Source: Bacteroidota bacterium
GTDB lineage: Bacteria; Bacteroidota; Ignavibacteria; Kapaibacteriales; UBA961
Assembly (NCBI GenBank): GCA_005788035.1
Contig: SXZI01000171.1
Location: 1 to 50,113, forward strand
Direction of reading: 5' to 3'
Length of the DNA stretch: 50,113 bases
Positions 37,902-48,161 of this stretch are shown here, piece after piece. A model generated the notes under the pieces. That model ran no database searches, was not told the DNA's origin, and saw nothing but the letters and a program-made list of their open reading frames with translations. The translations under genes were made by a program, and so were the position numbers. Within the stretch, counting starts at the first letter, position 1; each line of letters opens with the position of its first letter.

Positions 37902-39166
37902 TGAAGATTTTCACCCAAGTAAAGATAATTGCGATACTGATATTTATGCAAGGATTGGCGCTATCTCAAGAGTCAAATACCGTTTTGCTAGGCATCGATA
38001 ATTTGATCGAAATGGGTTTTTCTCCACTTGCCGGTAAACGCATTGCATTGCTTACAAACACTTCGGGTAGAACAGGGAATTTAGAACTCACTGCGAGTAT
38101 ATTTGCACAATCAGAGGAATGTTCGCTTGTTTGCATCCTTACACCTGAACATGGGTTTTTTGCAACTGCACCTGCAGGACAGGAAGTAGGAAATGATTCA
38201 TTGTATTCTGTGCCCACTTATTCTCTTTACGGCAAATTCAGAAGACCAGTCAAAAGCATGTTGGAATCTTGTGATATTGTTGTAGTTGACATACAAGATA
38301 TAGGCATCCGTTCTTATACGTATATCTCCACCTTATATAATCTCATGGATGCATGTGCTGAATTCGGTAAGCCGATACTCATCCTTGACAGGCCAAATCC
38401 TCTTGGTGGGTTGATAGTAGATGGTTCAGTAGCTGATCAAGATATGCTTTCTTTTGTAGGTATTGTACCCATTCCTTATCTCCATGGGTTGACAATCGGC
38501 GAATTTGCACTATATGTCAATGGAGAGGGTTTATTGCCTAAGAGAAATGGAAAAACAGTCAAGGCTGAATTGCAGGTTCTGAAGATGAAGTATTGGAAAA
38601 GATCCATGTCATGGGAACAAACAGGTTTGAAATTTGTACCAACTTCACCAAATATCCCAACTGTGAATGCAATCAGAGGGGCAGCGATTACCGGTCCGAT
38701 TGGAGAAATAGGGTCTGCCGGAATAGGTATAGGCACTTCATTTCCATTTCAATACTGTGCTTCACCTGATGTGAATGCTGAAGCTTTTCATGAATATGTA
38801 AAGGAAAATCTAGCCATGTTGGGTATTCAATCTGGAATTGGAGTTTATCGAATTTCATCAGGCAAATATCCCAATAAAGATTGTAAAGGAATCATGGTTT
38901 TTTCAGATGGAAATCCCAATGATAAACCGTATAGCGCGAGTATAGAATTGTTACTAGCACTGCGTCATTTCTTCCCTGAACAATTCACCAAAGACTATGT
39001 GAAAGATGAACCAAAATCAATGTTTAGAAAAATCATTGCAAATAATGAACTTGTGAATGCATTATTAATCAATGGTTCAGATGATGAAGTACGTGCTTCT
39101 ATGAATAAGGGCAAGGAAGAGTTTGAGAGGAAAAGGGAAAAGTACTTTCTTTACCCCATTTATTGA
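37898..39166 (+). CDS. namZ: exo-beta-N-acetylmuramidase NamZ family (DUF1343)
   Basis: Signal peptide, L.GKRI.L.TN, PEHG, SLYG, DIQDIG.R.YTY, LDRPNP, HGLT.GE, PTSPNIP. Confidence 0.9.
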   Translation: MMKIFTQVKIIAILIFMQGLALSQESNTVLLGIDNLIEMGFSPLAGKRIALLTNTSGRTGNLELTASIFAQSEECSLVCILTPEHGFFATAPAGQEVGNDSLYSVPTYSLYGKFRRPVKSMLESCDIVVVDIQDIGIRSYTYISTLYNLMDACAEFGKPILILDRPNPLGGLIVDGSVADQDMLSFVGIVPIPYLHGLTIGEFALYVNGEGLLPKRNGKTVKAELQVLKMKYWKRSMSWEQTGLKFVPTSPNIPTVNAIRGAAITGPIGEIGSAGIGIGTSFPFQYCASPDVNAEAFHEYVKENLAMLGIQSGIGVYRISSGKYPNKDCKGIMVFSDGNPNDKPYSASIELLLALRHFFPEQFTKDYVKDEPKSMFRKIIANNELVNALLINGSDDEVRASMNKGKEEFERKREKYFLYPIY

Positions 39167-39858
39167 ATGCTATCCATTAATTCCTGCAACACTGCTCGAA
39201 ATTTATCAGCTTGTTCATGATCATGTGATATTGCTGTATATGCTGCTCCGATTTTCACTTTGACTGTACCCGGGAATATCAAGAGACCATCCGGCCTTGT
39301 TACTGTTTCTGTCCCAACCATTGCGATTGGAATAATTGGTATTCCTGTTTTGCTTGCCATCAAAAGTGAACCCTGTTTGAAAGGTAGGATATCATGAGGA
39401 GGATAAGACCAAGTGCCCTCAGGAAAAATGATGATGGAATGTCCGTCTTTTATCATGGACTTAGCTTTCAATATTGACATCGCGGCGGCTCTTGGTGAAC
39501 TTCTATCAACGGGAATATATGGGGAAAGTCGAAGAGCTAAACCTATCAATGGGTGATTAAGCAGTTCATGCTTGAAGACAAAGGCCGATCGCTTGGGTAA
39601 AATATCAAGCAAAACAAAAATATCCGCACTGCTTCTATGATTCACGATAAACACAGCTTGTTCAGGAATATGTTCTTCTCCACTCACATCAATGGAGATT
39701 TTGCAATGATCAATCACAGAATGTGCCCAGCGATGGGCAAAATCCTGAAATGCCACTGATATACCTAACAGAGATTTTACTCGATATGAGATAGCAAAAC
39801 CAAGAGTTATGAATACTACTTTGAGTGAACGATATATTGTGAACAGTAGAATCATCAA
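39160..39858 (-). CDS. plsC: 1-acyl-sn-glycerol-3-phosphate acyltransferase
   Basis: NHRSSAD (HX4D), FK.EL, FPEGT, PFKQG. Confidence 0.9.
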   Translation of the reverse strand: MMILLFTIYRSLKVVFITLGFAISYRVKSLLGISVAFQDFAHRWAHSVIDHCKISIDVSGEEHIPEQAVFIVNHRSSADIFVLLDILPKRSAFVFKHELLNHPLIGLALRLSPYIPVDRSSPRAAAMSILKAKSMIKDGHSIIIFPEGTWSYPPHDILPFKQGSLLMASKTGIPIIPIAMVGTETVTRPDGLLIFPGTVKVKIGAAYTAISHDHEQADKFRAVLQELMDSIQ

Positions 39859-41168
39859 TGAATGAATGATGGAGGAATATGTTCGCCATGAGGATCTATG
39901 GAAGGATCACCAAGCAGGGCTTGTAATTTAGTTTCTAATTCAGGTGTAAGAATATGTTCTATGCTTTCAGCATCATCATGAATGTGATCGATGTCGAATT
40001 TAGCAGCATGAATTAAATATGCTTCCCATAAACGATGGAGACGCGTAATTTTTATCCCGCGAAGAAGCCCTTCTTTGCTTATGCACATTGTTTCAGGTTT
40101 TTGTGGCTTAATCGCAAAACCCTGCTTCATTAATCGAGCATTATAGCGCCCGCAATCAGGAACATGACCTTTGAGAAAATCAAGAGGTATATGTGCATAT
40201 TGTGGCAAAGAAAGTCCATTCGATTGCTCAACATGATGATAAGCATACTTTAAGATATTGTCTTCGATCGTTTGATGATGATGTTTTTTTTGTACGATGA
40301 TTCTACTTACAATTCCTCTTTGAGGTGCAAATAAAGCCGATACACAAAAAAGAAGTGATAAAACTAAAACTATTGTCGCTCCTGTTGGTATGTGAGGAAA
40401 CAGAATTGTTAACACTATTCCAAAGAATGAAGCCAGAATAGCTGAAGATACTGCAATGAGGAATATGGCTTGAAGATCTCTTTTCCAAAAACTTGCAATT
40501 GCATAGGGTATAATCAGAAGAGATCCGATGAGTATAGCGCCAGTAGCTGTTATTCCAGTTACGATGCTTGCTATGAGCATGATTTGCAGAATAACTTGCA
40601 ATAGCTCTACCGGTAGTCCGATGAAACGGGCAAATTCTCTATCAAAAATAAGCATGGTCAATTCTTTTCTCAGTAAAACTATTCCAAGCAATGTGAATGA
40701 GCATGTACATAAGAGGGGAATAATATCATCAAGCAACATTCCGGAAGCTTTGCCGAGAAGGAACATATCGAGACCGGATTGTTGTCCATTTCCTGATTGT
40801 TGGATAAATGTCAAGAGAAGTATCCCGACCCCAAAAAACACAGAAAGTACTATTCCTGTAGCAGCATCCTGTTTGATTTTTGTATGAGTATGCAACCACT
40901 GAATTGTGTATAGTCCAAACCATCCTGCAAGAGCTGCACCCAGGAATAAGGATATTGATGACTTCTCGCCTGAAATCAGAAATGCAATACATAAGCCAGG
41001 TAATACTGCATGTGCAATAGCATCACCCGTCAATGACTGCTTCCTTAACACTGTTAAGGTGCCAATGGCTGCAGATTGAATGGCAATGAGAATACATCCT
41101 GATAAGACTATCAAAATGCTTGGATTTACCAGAAGATCAATGATATTACGAAAGGAAAGTGATTCCAT
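39855..41168 (-). CDS. metal ABC permease (TroC/MntC-like) fused to a C-terminal DtxR/MntR-like domain
   Basis: L.GDAIAHAVLPG, K.DAA.GIVLS.FFG.G, FD..FA; C-terminal RLHRLWE.YL...H.DAE.IEH...LG.P..DPHG..IP. Confidence 0.9.
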   Translation of the reverse strand: MESLSFRNIIDLLVNPSILIVLSGCILIAIQSAAIGTLTVLRKQSLTGDAIAHAVLPGLCIAFLISGEKSSISLFLGAALAGWFGLYTIQWLHTHTKIKQDAATGIVLSVFFGVGILLLTFIQQSGNGQQSGLDMFLLGKASGMLLDDIIPLLCTCSFTLLGIVLLRKELTMLIFDREFARFIGLPVELLQVILQIMLIASIVTGITATGAILIGSLLIIPYAIASFWKRDLQAIFLIAVSSAILASFFGIVLTILFPHIPTGATIVLVLSLLFCVSALFAPQRGIVSRIIVQKKHHHQTIEDNILKYAYHHVEQSNGLSLPQYAHIPLDFLKGHVPDCGRYNARLMKQGFAIKPQKPETMCISKEGLLRGIKITRLHRLWEAYLIHAAKFDIDHIHDDAESIEHILTPELETKLQALLGDPSIDPHGEHIPPSFIH

Positions 41169-41254
41169 ATTCCTAAATTACATAAAATGAATATGACCTT
41201 CTATCGTCTATTTAGATCTTGTGAACACTAATCGTTACTGGAAACCGATCTTAC

Positions 41255-43771
41255 ATGTCTACAAATGAAGAATTGCTCCAAGCCATAACTGCAGGATCCG
41301 AACAGGATTCTTCACCAAACATACCAGAAAACCTAACCGTTTTACCCTTGAGGGATGTCATTATATACCCCTATATGATTTTCCCCGTACTCATTGGGCG
41401 AACATCTTCCCTGAAAGCCGTTTCACAGGCACTCGAAAGAGATAAATTCATCTTTGCTGCAACTCAAACTCAGGCTAGTATTGATGAACCGGAGCTAATA
41501 GATGTCTATCCACATGGCACAATCTGTAAAATACTCCAGGTGATCAGACTCCCAAATAACCTGCTAAAGGTTTTGGTGGAGGGGGTATTTCACGGTGTGA
41601 TTGAAAAGCCAATTGAAAATCCCGAGTGTTTGGAAGCACATATTCGCATTCTTAAACAAGATGATGTTATACAAGATGCTGAACTTGAAGCCTATGTTCG
41701 TAAAACTCAAGAAGCATTTTCGGCTTATGTTTCAACAAATAAACATTTGCCTCCTGAAATACAATCTGCATTTGAAAATATTGAAGATCCAGTCCGCAAA
41801 CTTTTTTATGCTGCTGCAAACATTGATAAAAATGTTCATGCAAAACAAGAAATACTACAGCAGACTTCTCTAAAAATGCAATACAAACATTTGTTAGAAA
41901 TGTTGAAAGATGAGTTGGAAGTTTTGAAACTTGAAGAAGAATTGGATACCAAGGTAGCAGATTCGATTCAAAAGACGCAGCGCAAGTATTACATTCAAGA
42001 GCAAATCAGAGCTTTGCAAAAAGAATTGGACGGTGATGAAGAGCTTTCACCGGAAATGCTCACTCTACTCCATGGTATAGAATCATCAGGGATGCCCGAT
42101 GATATAAAAAAAAGAGTACTTGAAGAATTTGACAAATTCAAAAAAACCATGTCTATGTCTCCAGAATATTCTGTTCTACGAACATATTTGGAAACAGTCA
42201 TCGGTTTGCCTTGGACTACTGTTACTGAAGATAGTACAGACCTTAGACATGTAGCTGATATCTTGAATGAAGATCATTATAATATGGAAAAACCCAAGGA
42301 AAGAATTCTTGAGTTTATATCGATTTTAAAAATGGCGGGGACTGCAAAAGGTCAAATTCTTTGTTTGTCTGGCCCTCCGGGTGTTGGTAAAACATCACTA
42401 GCCCGCTCAATAGCACGTGCTTTGGGAAGATCATTTGTTCGAATCTCTCTTGGCGGTATTCGTGATGAAGCCGAGATACGCGGACATCGTCGTACTTATA
42501 TTGGAGCTATGCCCGGTAAAATTATTGCTGCAATGAAAAAGGCCGGAACAGTGAATCCCGTGATTCTATTGGATGAAGTGGATAAGATGTCTATGGACTT
42601 CAGAGGAGATCCGTCTGCGGCTTTGTTAGAAGTATTGGATCCTGAGCAAAACAATGCCTTCAATGATCATTATCTTGAATTAGATTATGATTTATCAAAG
42701 GTTTTATTTATCACAACTGCAAATGTAAAATATAATATTCCTGCTCCACTTTTAGATCGAATGGAAGTGATTGATTTAAATAGTTATCTTGACTTTGAAA
42801 AAGTACAAATTGCCAAAAAGCACATTGTTCCAAATCTTTTGCAAGAATATGCATTAAAGAAGTATAAGATCTCTTTCAGTGATAAGGCATTGTTGAAAAT
42901 CATTAGAGAATATACAAGAGAATCAGGTGTTCGAAATCTAGAACGCGAAATTGCTTCCATACTTAGGAAGATTGCCAAAGAGATTGTATCAGGAAATAAA
43001 AAAAACACCTCAAAGGGTATCAAAGTATCTGAAGATTCTATTGAAGATTACTTGCGTACTCCAAGATTCAAAGAATCAAACTCCAATCTCACAGATAAAA
43101 TTGGAATTGCAACTGGACTTGCTTGGACTAGTGTTGGTGGTGATACTCTACCCGTTGAGGTAAGTATTATGCCTGGTTCTGAACGTTTGACGCTTACAGG
43201 TAAACTTGGCGATGTGATGAAAGAATCCGCTAGTGCTGCTTTGACCTATATCCGCTCACATGTTGAAGATCTCAGTATTTCACCGGGTTTCGAGAAAGGA
43301 AAAGAAATTCATATTCATGTTCCTGAAGGTGCAATTCCAAAAGATGGCCCATCCGCAGGAATTACTATGACAATTGCAATGATTTCTGCTGCAACAGGTA
43401 AACCCGTAAGAGGAGACATAGCCATGACGGGCGAAATAACATTGCGCGGTATGATTTTACCAATCGGTGGGCTCAATGAGAAATTGCTGGCAGCAAAGAG
43501 ACTTGGAATTAAGACAGTATTGATACCGGAAGGAAATGCCAAGGATATTCAGGAAGTAAATCCTCATATTTTAAAAGGACTAAACATCATTCCTGTTGAA
43601 TGTCTTGACCAAGCATTGCCCCATGCATTCAGAAAATGGACAGCTACTCGTTCTGATTTTACTTCAAAAAAGAACATAGCTATACCTACTCCACAACGAA
43701 AGAAAAAGAAAATTGCAGTAACGCAATCCAGTTCAAGTAGAAAAAAATCGGGAAGATTATCAAGAAGTTAA
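41255..43771 (+). CDS. lon: ATP-dependent Lon protease
   Basis: LPLRD, GPPGVGKTS, RGHRRTYIGAMPG, LLDEVDK, PKDGPSAG, GGL.EK. Confidence 0.99.
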   Translation: MSTNEELLQAITAGSEQDSSPNIPENLTVLPLRDVIIYPYMIFPVLIGRTSSLKAVSQALERDKFIFAATQTQASIDEPELIDVYPHGTICKILQVIRLPNNLLKVLVEGVFHGVIEKPIENPECLEAHIRILKQDDVIQDAELEAYVRKTQEAFSAYVSTNKHLPPEIQSAFENIEDPVRKLFYAAANIDKNVHAKQEILQQTSLKMQYKHLLEMLKDELEVLKLEEELDTKVADSIQKTQRKYYIQEQIRALQKELDGDEELSPEMLTLLHGIESSGMPDDIKKRVLEEFDKFKKTMSMSPEYSVLRTYLETVIGLPWTTVTEDSTDLRHVADILNEDHYNMEKPKERILEFISILKMAGTAKGQILCLSGPPGVGKTSLARSIARALGRSFVRISLGGIRDEAEIRGHRRTYIGAMPGKIIAAMKKAGTVNPVILLDEVDKMSMDFRGDPSAALLEVLDPEQNNAFNDHYLELDYDLSKVLFITTANVKYNIPAPLLDRMEVIDLNSYLDFEKVQIAKKHIVPNLLQEYALKKYKISFSDKALLKIIREYTRESGVRNLEREIASILRKIAKEIVSGNKKNTSKGIKVSEDSIEDYLRTPRFKESNSNLTDKIGIATGLAWTSVGGDTLPVEVSIMPGSERLTLTGKLGDVMKESASAALTYIRSHVEDLSISPGFEKGKEIHIHVPEGAIPKDGPSAGITMTIAMISAATGKPVRGDIAMTGEITLRGMILPIGGLNEKLLAAKRLGIKTVLIPEGNAKDIQEVNPHILKGLNIIPVECLDQALPHAFRKWTATRSDFTSKKNIAIPTPQRKKKKIAVTQSSSSRKKSGRLSRS

Positions 43772-45225
43772 TGATGATCACAAAGATTGCTGAATAAAAC
43801 CAAATACTGTTCTGCTGTATGTGCAATGGGATAATTGGTTTTCATGGAATTTTTGATGAGAACGTTCATCAATGGTTGATTTGCATAACACAAAATTGCA
43901 TTTTCAATGGATTCCGATAAAGCAATAGCGTTGAAATCCCTAAATACCAATCCATTCCCAATTTTAGAATCTTTGTCAAAAGCTTGGACTGTGTCCTTTA
44001 GGCCTCCCACATGCCGAACAATAGGAATGGTTCCGTATTTCATGGCATATATTTGCGTCAAACCGCAAGGTTCAAATGCAGAAGGCATAAGGAAAAAGTC
44101 TGCATAAGCAAGAATGGCATGCGCCAAAGACTCATTATACCCTTGAGTATATGAGCAAGATTTAGGGAACCTTTGATGTAATGCAGTAAAATACTCTTCG
44201 TAAGATCTATCTCCGGAACCAAGGACAACTAATCGAATGCTATCTTCTTGAAGGTAATGCTCAATGCACCCTTTCAGAATATTAAAGCCCTTTTGACTTG
44301 TGAATCGTGAAACAATTCCGAAGACAGGCAATGATTCATTGTTATATGATGAGGGAAATAACTGAGTAATTAATTGATGTCTACCTTTGACTTTACCTTC
44401 TACATCATTGATCGTGAAATGATGTGTTATGTACTCATCCATTTCAGGATTCCAGACATCATAATTTACTCCATTTAGAATGCCATGTAATTTGCCTTGA
44501 AATTGCTGAAATATCTCTTCTAATCCCTCACCAAATTCTACAGTCAATATTTCTTTTGCATAGCCTGGACTTACGGCTACTACAGCATCGGCGAAGTAAA
44601 TGCCAGCATATAACGCATTGAATAACTTCTTGAACAAAAACTGTGATTCATAAGGATCGTTTAGAAAATCCCAATTTGAAATATCATGCATTCTATCATT
44701 GTCATACCATCCTTGATATTGAGCATTATGGATAGTTAATATGCCTTTTGTTTTTGAGAAGAGTGGATGATCAGCATAATCAAGTTTTAGCATTGGTAGA
44801 AGAAGTGCTGTATGATAATCATGTGCTGAAATGATATCCGGCGAGATATTCAGTTTAATCATGATCTCGAAAGCAGCTTTGCATAATACATAAAATCGAA
44901 GATCATTATCGGCATAACCATCCGGATTACCGTATATTCCAGGTCTGTCATAGAGTTCATCGCACTCCAAAAGATACACCGGTATCAATGTATTATGGAT
45001 ATAAGTCTTATACACATGCACCGTATGAGAACAAATCGTCAACTCAATTTGCATATCAATAAGAGTGGTGGAATCTGATTCTGAAATGCATCCATATTTT
45101 GGCAGAACAATGATTGGTTCATGGCCAAGCTTCTCCCATCCGATTGGTAATGCTGCAGATATGTCAGCCAAACCTCCGACCTTTGCAAAATGTTCAAGTT
45201 CGGCACTAGAGAGAAGAATGGTCAT
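43768..45225 (-). CDS. glgA: glycogen synthase (ADP-glucose, GT5)
   Basis: AKVGGLAD, HDYHT, TIHN..YQG, AVSP.YA.EI, SR...QKG, MPS.FEPCGLTQ. Confidence 0.95.
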   Translation of the reverse strand: MTILLSSAELEHFAKVGGLADISAALPIGWEKLGHEPIIVLPKYGCISESDSTTLIDMQIELTICSHTVHVYKTYIHNTLIPVYLLECDELYDRPGIYGNPDGYADNDLRFYVLCKAAFEIMIKLNISPDIISAHDYHTALLLPMLKLDYADHPLFSKTKGILTIHNAQYQGWYDNDRMHDISNWDFLNDPYESQFLFKKLFNALYAGIYFADAVVAVSPGYAKEILTVEFGEGLEEIFQQFQGKLHGILNGVNYDVWNPEMDEYITHHFTINDVEGKVKGRHQLITQLFPSSYNNESLPVFGIVSRFTSQKGFNILKGCIEHYLQEDSIRLVVLGSGDRSYEEYFTALHQRFPKSCSYTQGYNESLAHAILAYADFFLMPSAFEPCGLTQIYAMKYGTIPIVRHVGGLKDTVQAFDKDSKIGNGLVFRDFNAIALSESIENAILCYANQPLMNVLIKNSMKTNYPIAHTAEQYLVLFSNLCDHH

Positions 45226-46091
45226 GCGATACTCCCTTGTGAAGAGGAATGCATTGATTCTTGCAGAGGGAGTAGTAGAGATTCATAAGAGGAGCACATG
45301 CGTTGAGCAAGTACAGCATCAGCTTTTGATGAAAAAATGCCATACATTGTAGATCCACTTCCACTCATCAACGAAAGATCTGCTCCGGCATCAAGTAGCA
45401 GTTTTTTGATTTTAGCCAATTCAGGATATACTGCATGAATCGGAGGTTCAAAATCATTTACAATTGTGTGGGATTTAAGATCAATGATACCATCATGAAT
45501 CAAGTCTTCGAATCGTATACATGAATGAGATGCATAGTCTTTCACCTGTGCATAAGCCCATGCAGTCCCTATATGTAGACCAGGCATGATAATGAGTATC
45601 CAAGCATTAAGTTCGATGGCGATTGGTCGAATAATTTCTCCTTGCCCCTCGACAATCGCTGGTTGATCTTGAAGAAAATAGGGAATGTCGCTTCCAAGGC
45701 TCAAAGCAATGTTGAGCATGTTTTCAGGACTGATGTCGATATTCCAAAGCTGAGTCAACGCTCGCAAGGTCACTGCAGCATCAGAGCTTCCTCCGCCCAT
45801 TCCAGCTCCGGCCGGAATTTTCTTATCTAGGTGGATTTTGGCCCCTAATGTTGTCCCAGAAAATTGTTTTAGGGCATAAGCTGCCTTCATTACGAGATTT
45901 TCCGCTGCGGGAATCTGAAAAGAACAATTATCAGTAAATAGTATGGAATCCTCATGCAATTCGAATGTCAAAACATCAAATAGACCCCGAATTGGCAGGA
46001 ATAATGAATGAATTGCATGATATCCATTCGGGAGAATGCCTGTTATTCGCAGTCCAAGATTTATCTTTGCATGTGCATGAAGTGTTAACAC
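45222..46091 (-). CDS. ispE: 4-diphosphocytidyl-2-C-methyl-D-erythritol kinase
   Basis: AKINLGL, KKIPAGAGMGGGSSDAA, LGSDIP, NDFE, MSGSGS; GTG start at 46091 inferred. Confidence 0.95.
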   Translation of the reverse strand: MLTLHAHAKINLGLRITGILPNGYHAIHSLFLPIRGLFDVLTFELHEDSILFTDNCSFQIPAAENLVMKAAYALKQFSGTTLGAKIHLDKKIPAGAGMGGGSSDAAVTLRALTQLWNIDISPENMLNIALSLGSDIPYFLQDQPAIVEGQGEIIRPIAIELNAWILIIMPGLHIGTAWAYAQVKDYASHSCIRFEDLIHDGIIDLKSHTIVNDFEPPIHAVYPELAKIKKLLLDAGADLSLMSGSGSTMYGIFSSKADAVLAQRMCSSYESLLLPLQESMHSSSQGSIA

Positions 46092-46122
46092 ATTCGTTCC
46101 TTTGCTTTCAAACTGTGCAAAA

Positions 46123-46767
46123 ATGTCAAAATTTGACCAAATCACCTATCTCGGCGAAATACAAAGAAAGAGCATACATATTGTGTCCATGCTGATCCCG
46201 ATTATTTATTTCTTCATAGACACCAAAACCGCCCTTTTAATACTGTTTCCAATGACAATCATCACGATTTTGATTGACATATCTCTGTACTACAGTGAAA
46301 CAGTGCGAAATTTTGCATATCCAATTCTTGGGGGAATGTTAAGACCACATGAGCGTGAACGTACATCCCTTGTATTGAATGGTGCTTCTTGGGTTATGAT
46401 TGCAGCATGCATAACGATTGCCGTTTTCCCAAAGCCCCTTGCAATCATCGGTTATTCAATAGTCATTCTTTCCGATATTGCAGCAGCTTTGATTGGCCGA
46501 AAATATGGAACGATCCCATTTATGGATAAATCACTCCAGGGGAGTGCAGCCTTCTTTGTAGTGGCTTTGATTGTTTCAGCAATTTGGACCTGGATTTTTG
46601 AGTTTTCACTCCTGTTTTATGGTATTTCGGTCTTCGGTTCTTTGATTGCTACAGTTGCTGAGGCATCTACAACCAGACTCAAACTTGATGATAATCTTGC
46701 TGTTCCCATTTCATATGCCGGTATTACATGGTTATTGTCCATACTTTGTTCCATTCCTCTTTATTGA
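46123..46767 (+). CDS. dolichol/phytol kinase-like membrane protein (SEC59/DGK1/VTE5 family)
   Basis: E..RK.IH, LR.HE, LNGA, SD.AAALIG.KYG, KS..GS, DDNL.VP; start moved to ATG 46123. Confidence 0.85.
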   Translation: MSKFDQITYLGEIQRKSIHIVSMLIPIIYFFIDTKTALLILFPMTIITILIDISLYYSETVRNFAYPILGGMLRPHERERTSLVLNGASWVMIAACITIAVFPKPLAIIGYSIVILSDIAAALIGRKYGTIPFMDKSLQGSAAFFVVALIVSAIWTWIFEFSLLFYGISVFGSLIATVAEASTTRLKLDDNLAVPISYAGITWLLSILCSIPLY

Positions 46768-46771
46768 TCAT

Positions 46772-47230
46772 ATGCCATTACGTATCGGAGAGATCATTCC
46801 TGACTTTAAGGCTTTCAATCAATTTGGAACAGAGATATCCTCATCTGACTTAAAAGGGAAAAACACAGTCCTGTTTTTTTATCCAAAAGATGACACATAT
46901 ATGTGCACCAAGGAGGCATGTTCATTCCGGGATGCAAATGATGAATTTCTTCGTCATGAAATTCAGGTTTTTGGTATTAGTGCCGATAGCATCAGTCAAC
47001 ATGCAGATTTTGCACAAAAGCATGGATTGAATTATATGCTTCTATCCGATGAGAAAAATCATATTCGTAATCTTTTTGGGGTTCCTCGAGGATTGATGGG
47101 GCTTTTACCCGGAAGAGTCACTTATTGTTTCGATGAACAAGGCATACTTCTCTCGTTGATCGAGGCTTCTCTCAGCGCAGAATATCATGTTCAAGAAGCA
47201 CTGAAAACGTATAAAATCACTAAGTCATAA
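46772..47230 (+). CDS. bcp: peroxiredoxin BCP/PrxQ
   Basis: FFYPKDDT..CTKEAC.FRD, GISAD, PGRVTY; start moved to ATG 46772. Confidence 0.92.
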   Translation: MPLRIGEIIPDFKAFNQFGTEISSSDLKGKNTVLFFYPKDDTYMCTKEACSFRDANDEFLRHEIQVFGISADSISQHADFAQKHGLNYMLLSDEKNHIRNLFGVPRGLMGLLPGRVTYCFDEQGILLSLIEASLSAEYHVQEALKTYKITKS

Positions 47231-47255
47231 TTATTCTTTTTTGAGTATCCATTTC

Positions 47256-48161
47256 ATGAGAACTTTTCTCATTTCAATAATCAGGTTGTACTGCAGACAT
47301 GTTCCGATTCATATCGGAAAGGGATTTCTCATGCGTATGGGAAGAAGAATCCTGCTTTTGGGATTAAAAAAAACCTCATTAATGGCTCATTCATTACATG
47401 GCGTGTCAATGGAAATCGAGTTGCCAAGAGATGCCGGTTGGGATGTATTGTATTTTCGTGGCACATATGAAACGGGAACTACCAAAGTATTTGAATTGCT
47501 TATCCGTGATTTAGATAGAGTGTTTGATATTGGAGCCAATATGGGATGGTACTCTATCATAAGCTCTCGACTTGCGCGCCATGGCGAAGTTCATGCTTTT
47601 GAACCGGTTCCATTCATATATGAAAAATTCAAAAAAAATATCTCATTGAATAATGAAAATGATATTCATGTCAATAATATTGCACTTGGCAGAGAAAAGC
47701 ATGGTTCCATAGCAATGCATACCTTTGATGGATTGTATCATGGTCATAGTTCTATGTCCACGTTGAATCGTACAGATTATACCACTGTGCACGTTCCCAT
47801 GACTACACTTGATTCATATTGTGAAGAACATGGTATCGGTAGAATCGATTTCATAAAGATGGATACCGAAGGTGCCGAGATGGAAGTATTGGCAGGGGCT
47901 AAACAATTGATGAGTGGATCTTTTCCACCAATATGGCTTATTGAATTGAATGATGAGACATGCGCAGCTTTTGGATATAAACCACATCAATTGATTGATC
48001 AATTGTGTTCTTATCACAAGTATGAATTATATGTGATTCAGGGGGCTTGGGGAAGAGTGCGAAACATGAGAGATTCGCATGACTATGAGCACGGCGATAA
48101 TCTATTGTGTATTCCACAGTACAGAAGTGATGCCTTGGAACAAATCAAAAGTTTATTCTAA
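47256..48161 (+). CDS. FkbM family methyltransferase
   Basis: GTYE, FDIGANMGWYS, AFEP, TLD, IKMDTEGAE..VL.G. Confidence 0.92.
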   Translation: MRTFLISIIRLYCRHVPIHIGKGFLMRMGRRILLLGLKKTSLMAHSLHGVSMEIELPRDAGWDVLYFRGTYETGTTKVFELLIRDLDRVFDIGANMGWYSIISSRLARHGEVHAFEPVPFIYEKFKKNISLNNENDIHVNNIALGREKHGSIAMHTFDGLYHGHSSMSTLNRTDYTTVHVPMTTLDSYCEEHGIGRIDFIKMDTEGAEMEVLAGAKQLMSGSFPPIWLIELNDETCAAFGYKPHQLIDQLCSYHKYELYVIQGAWGRVRNMRDSHDYEHGDNLLCIPQYRSDALEQIKSLF

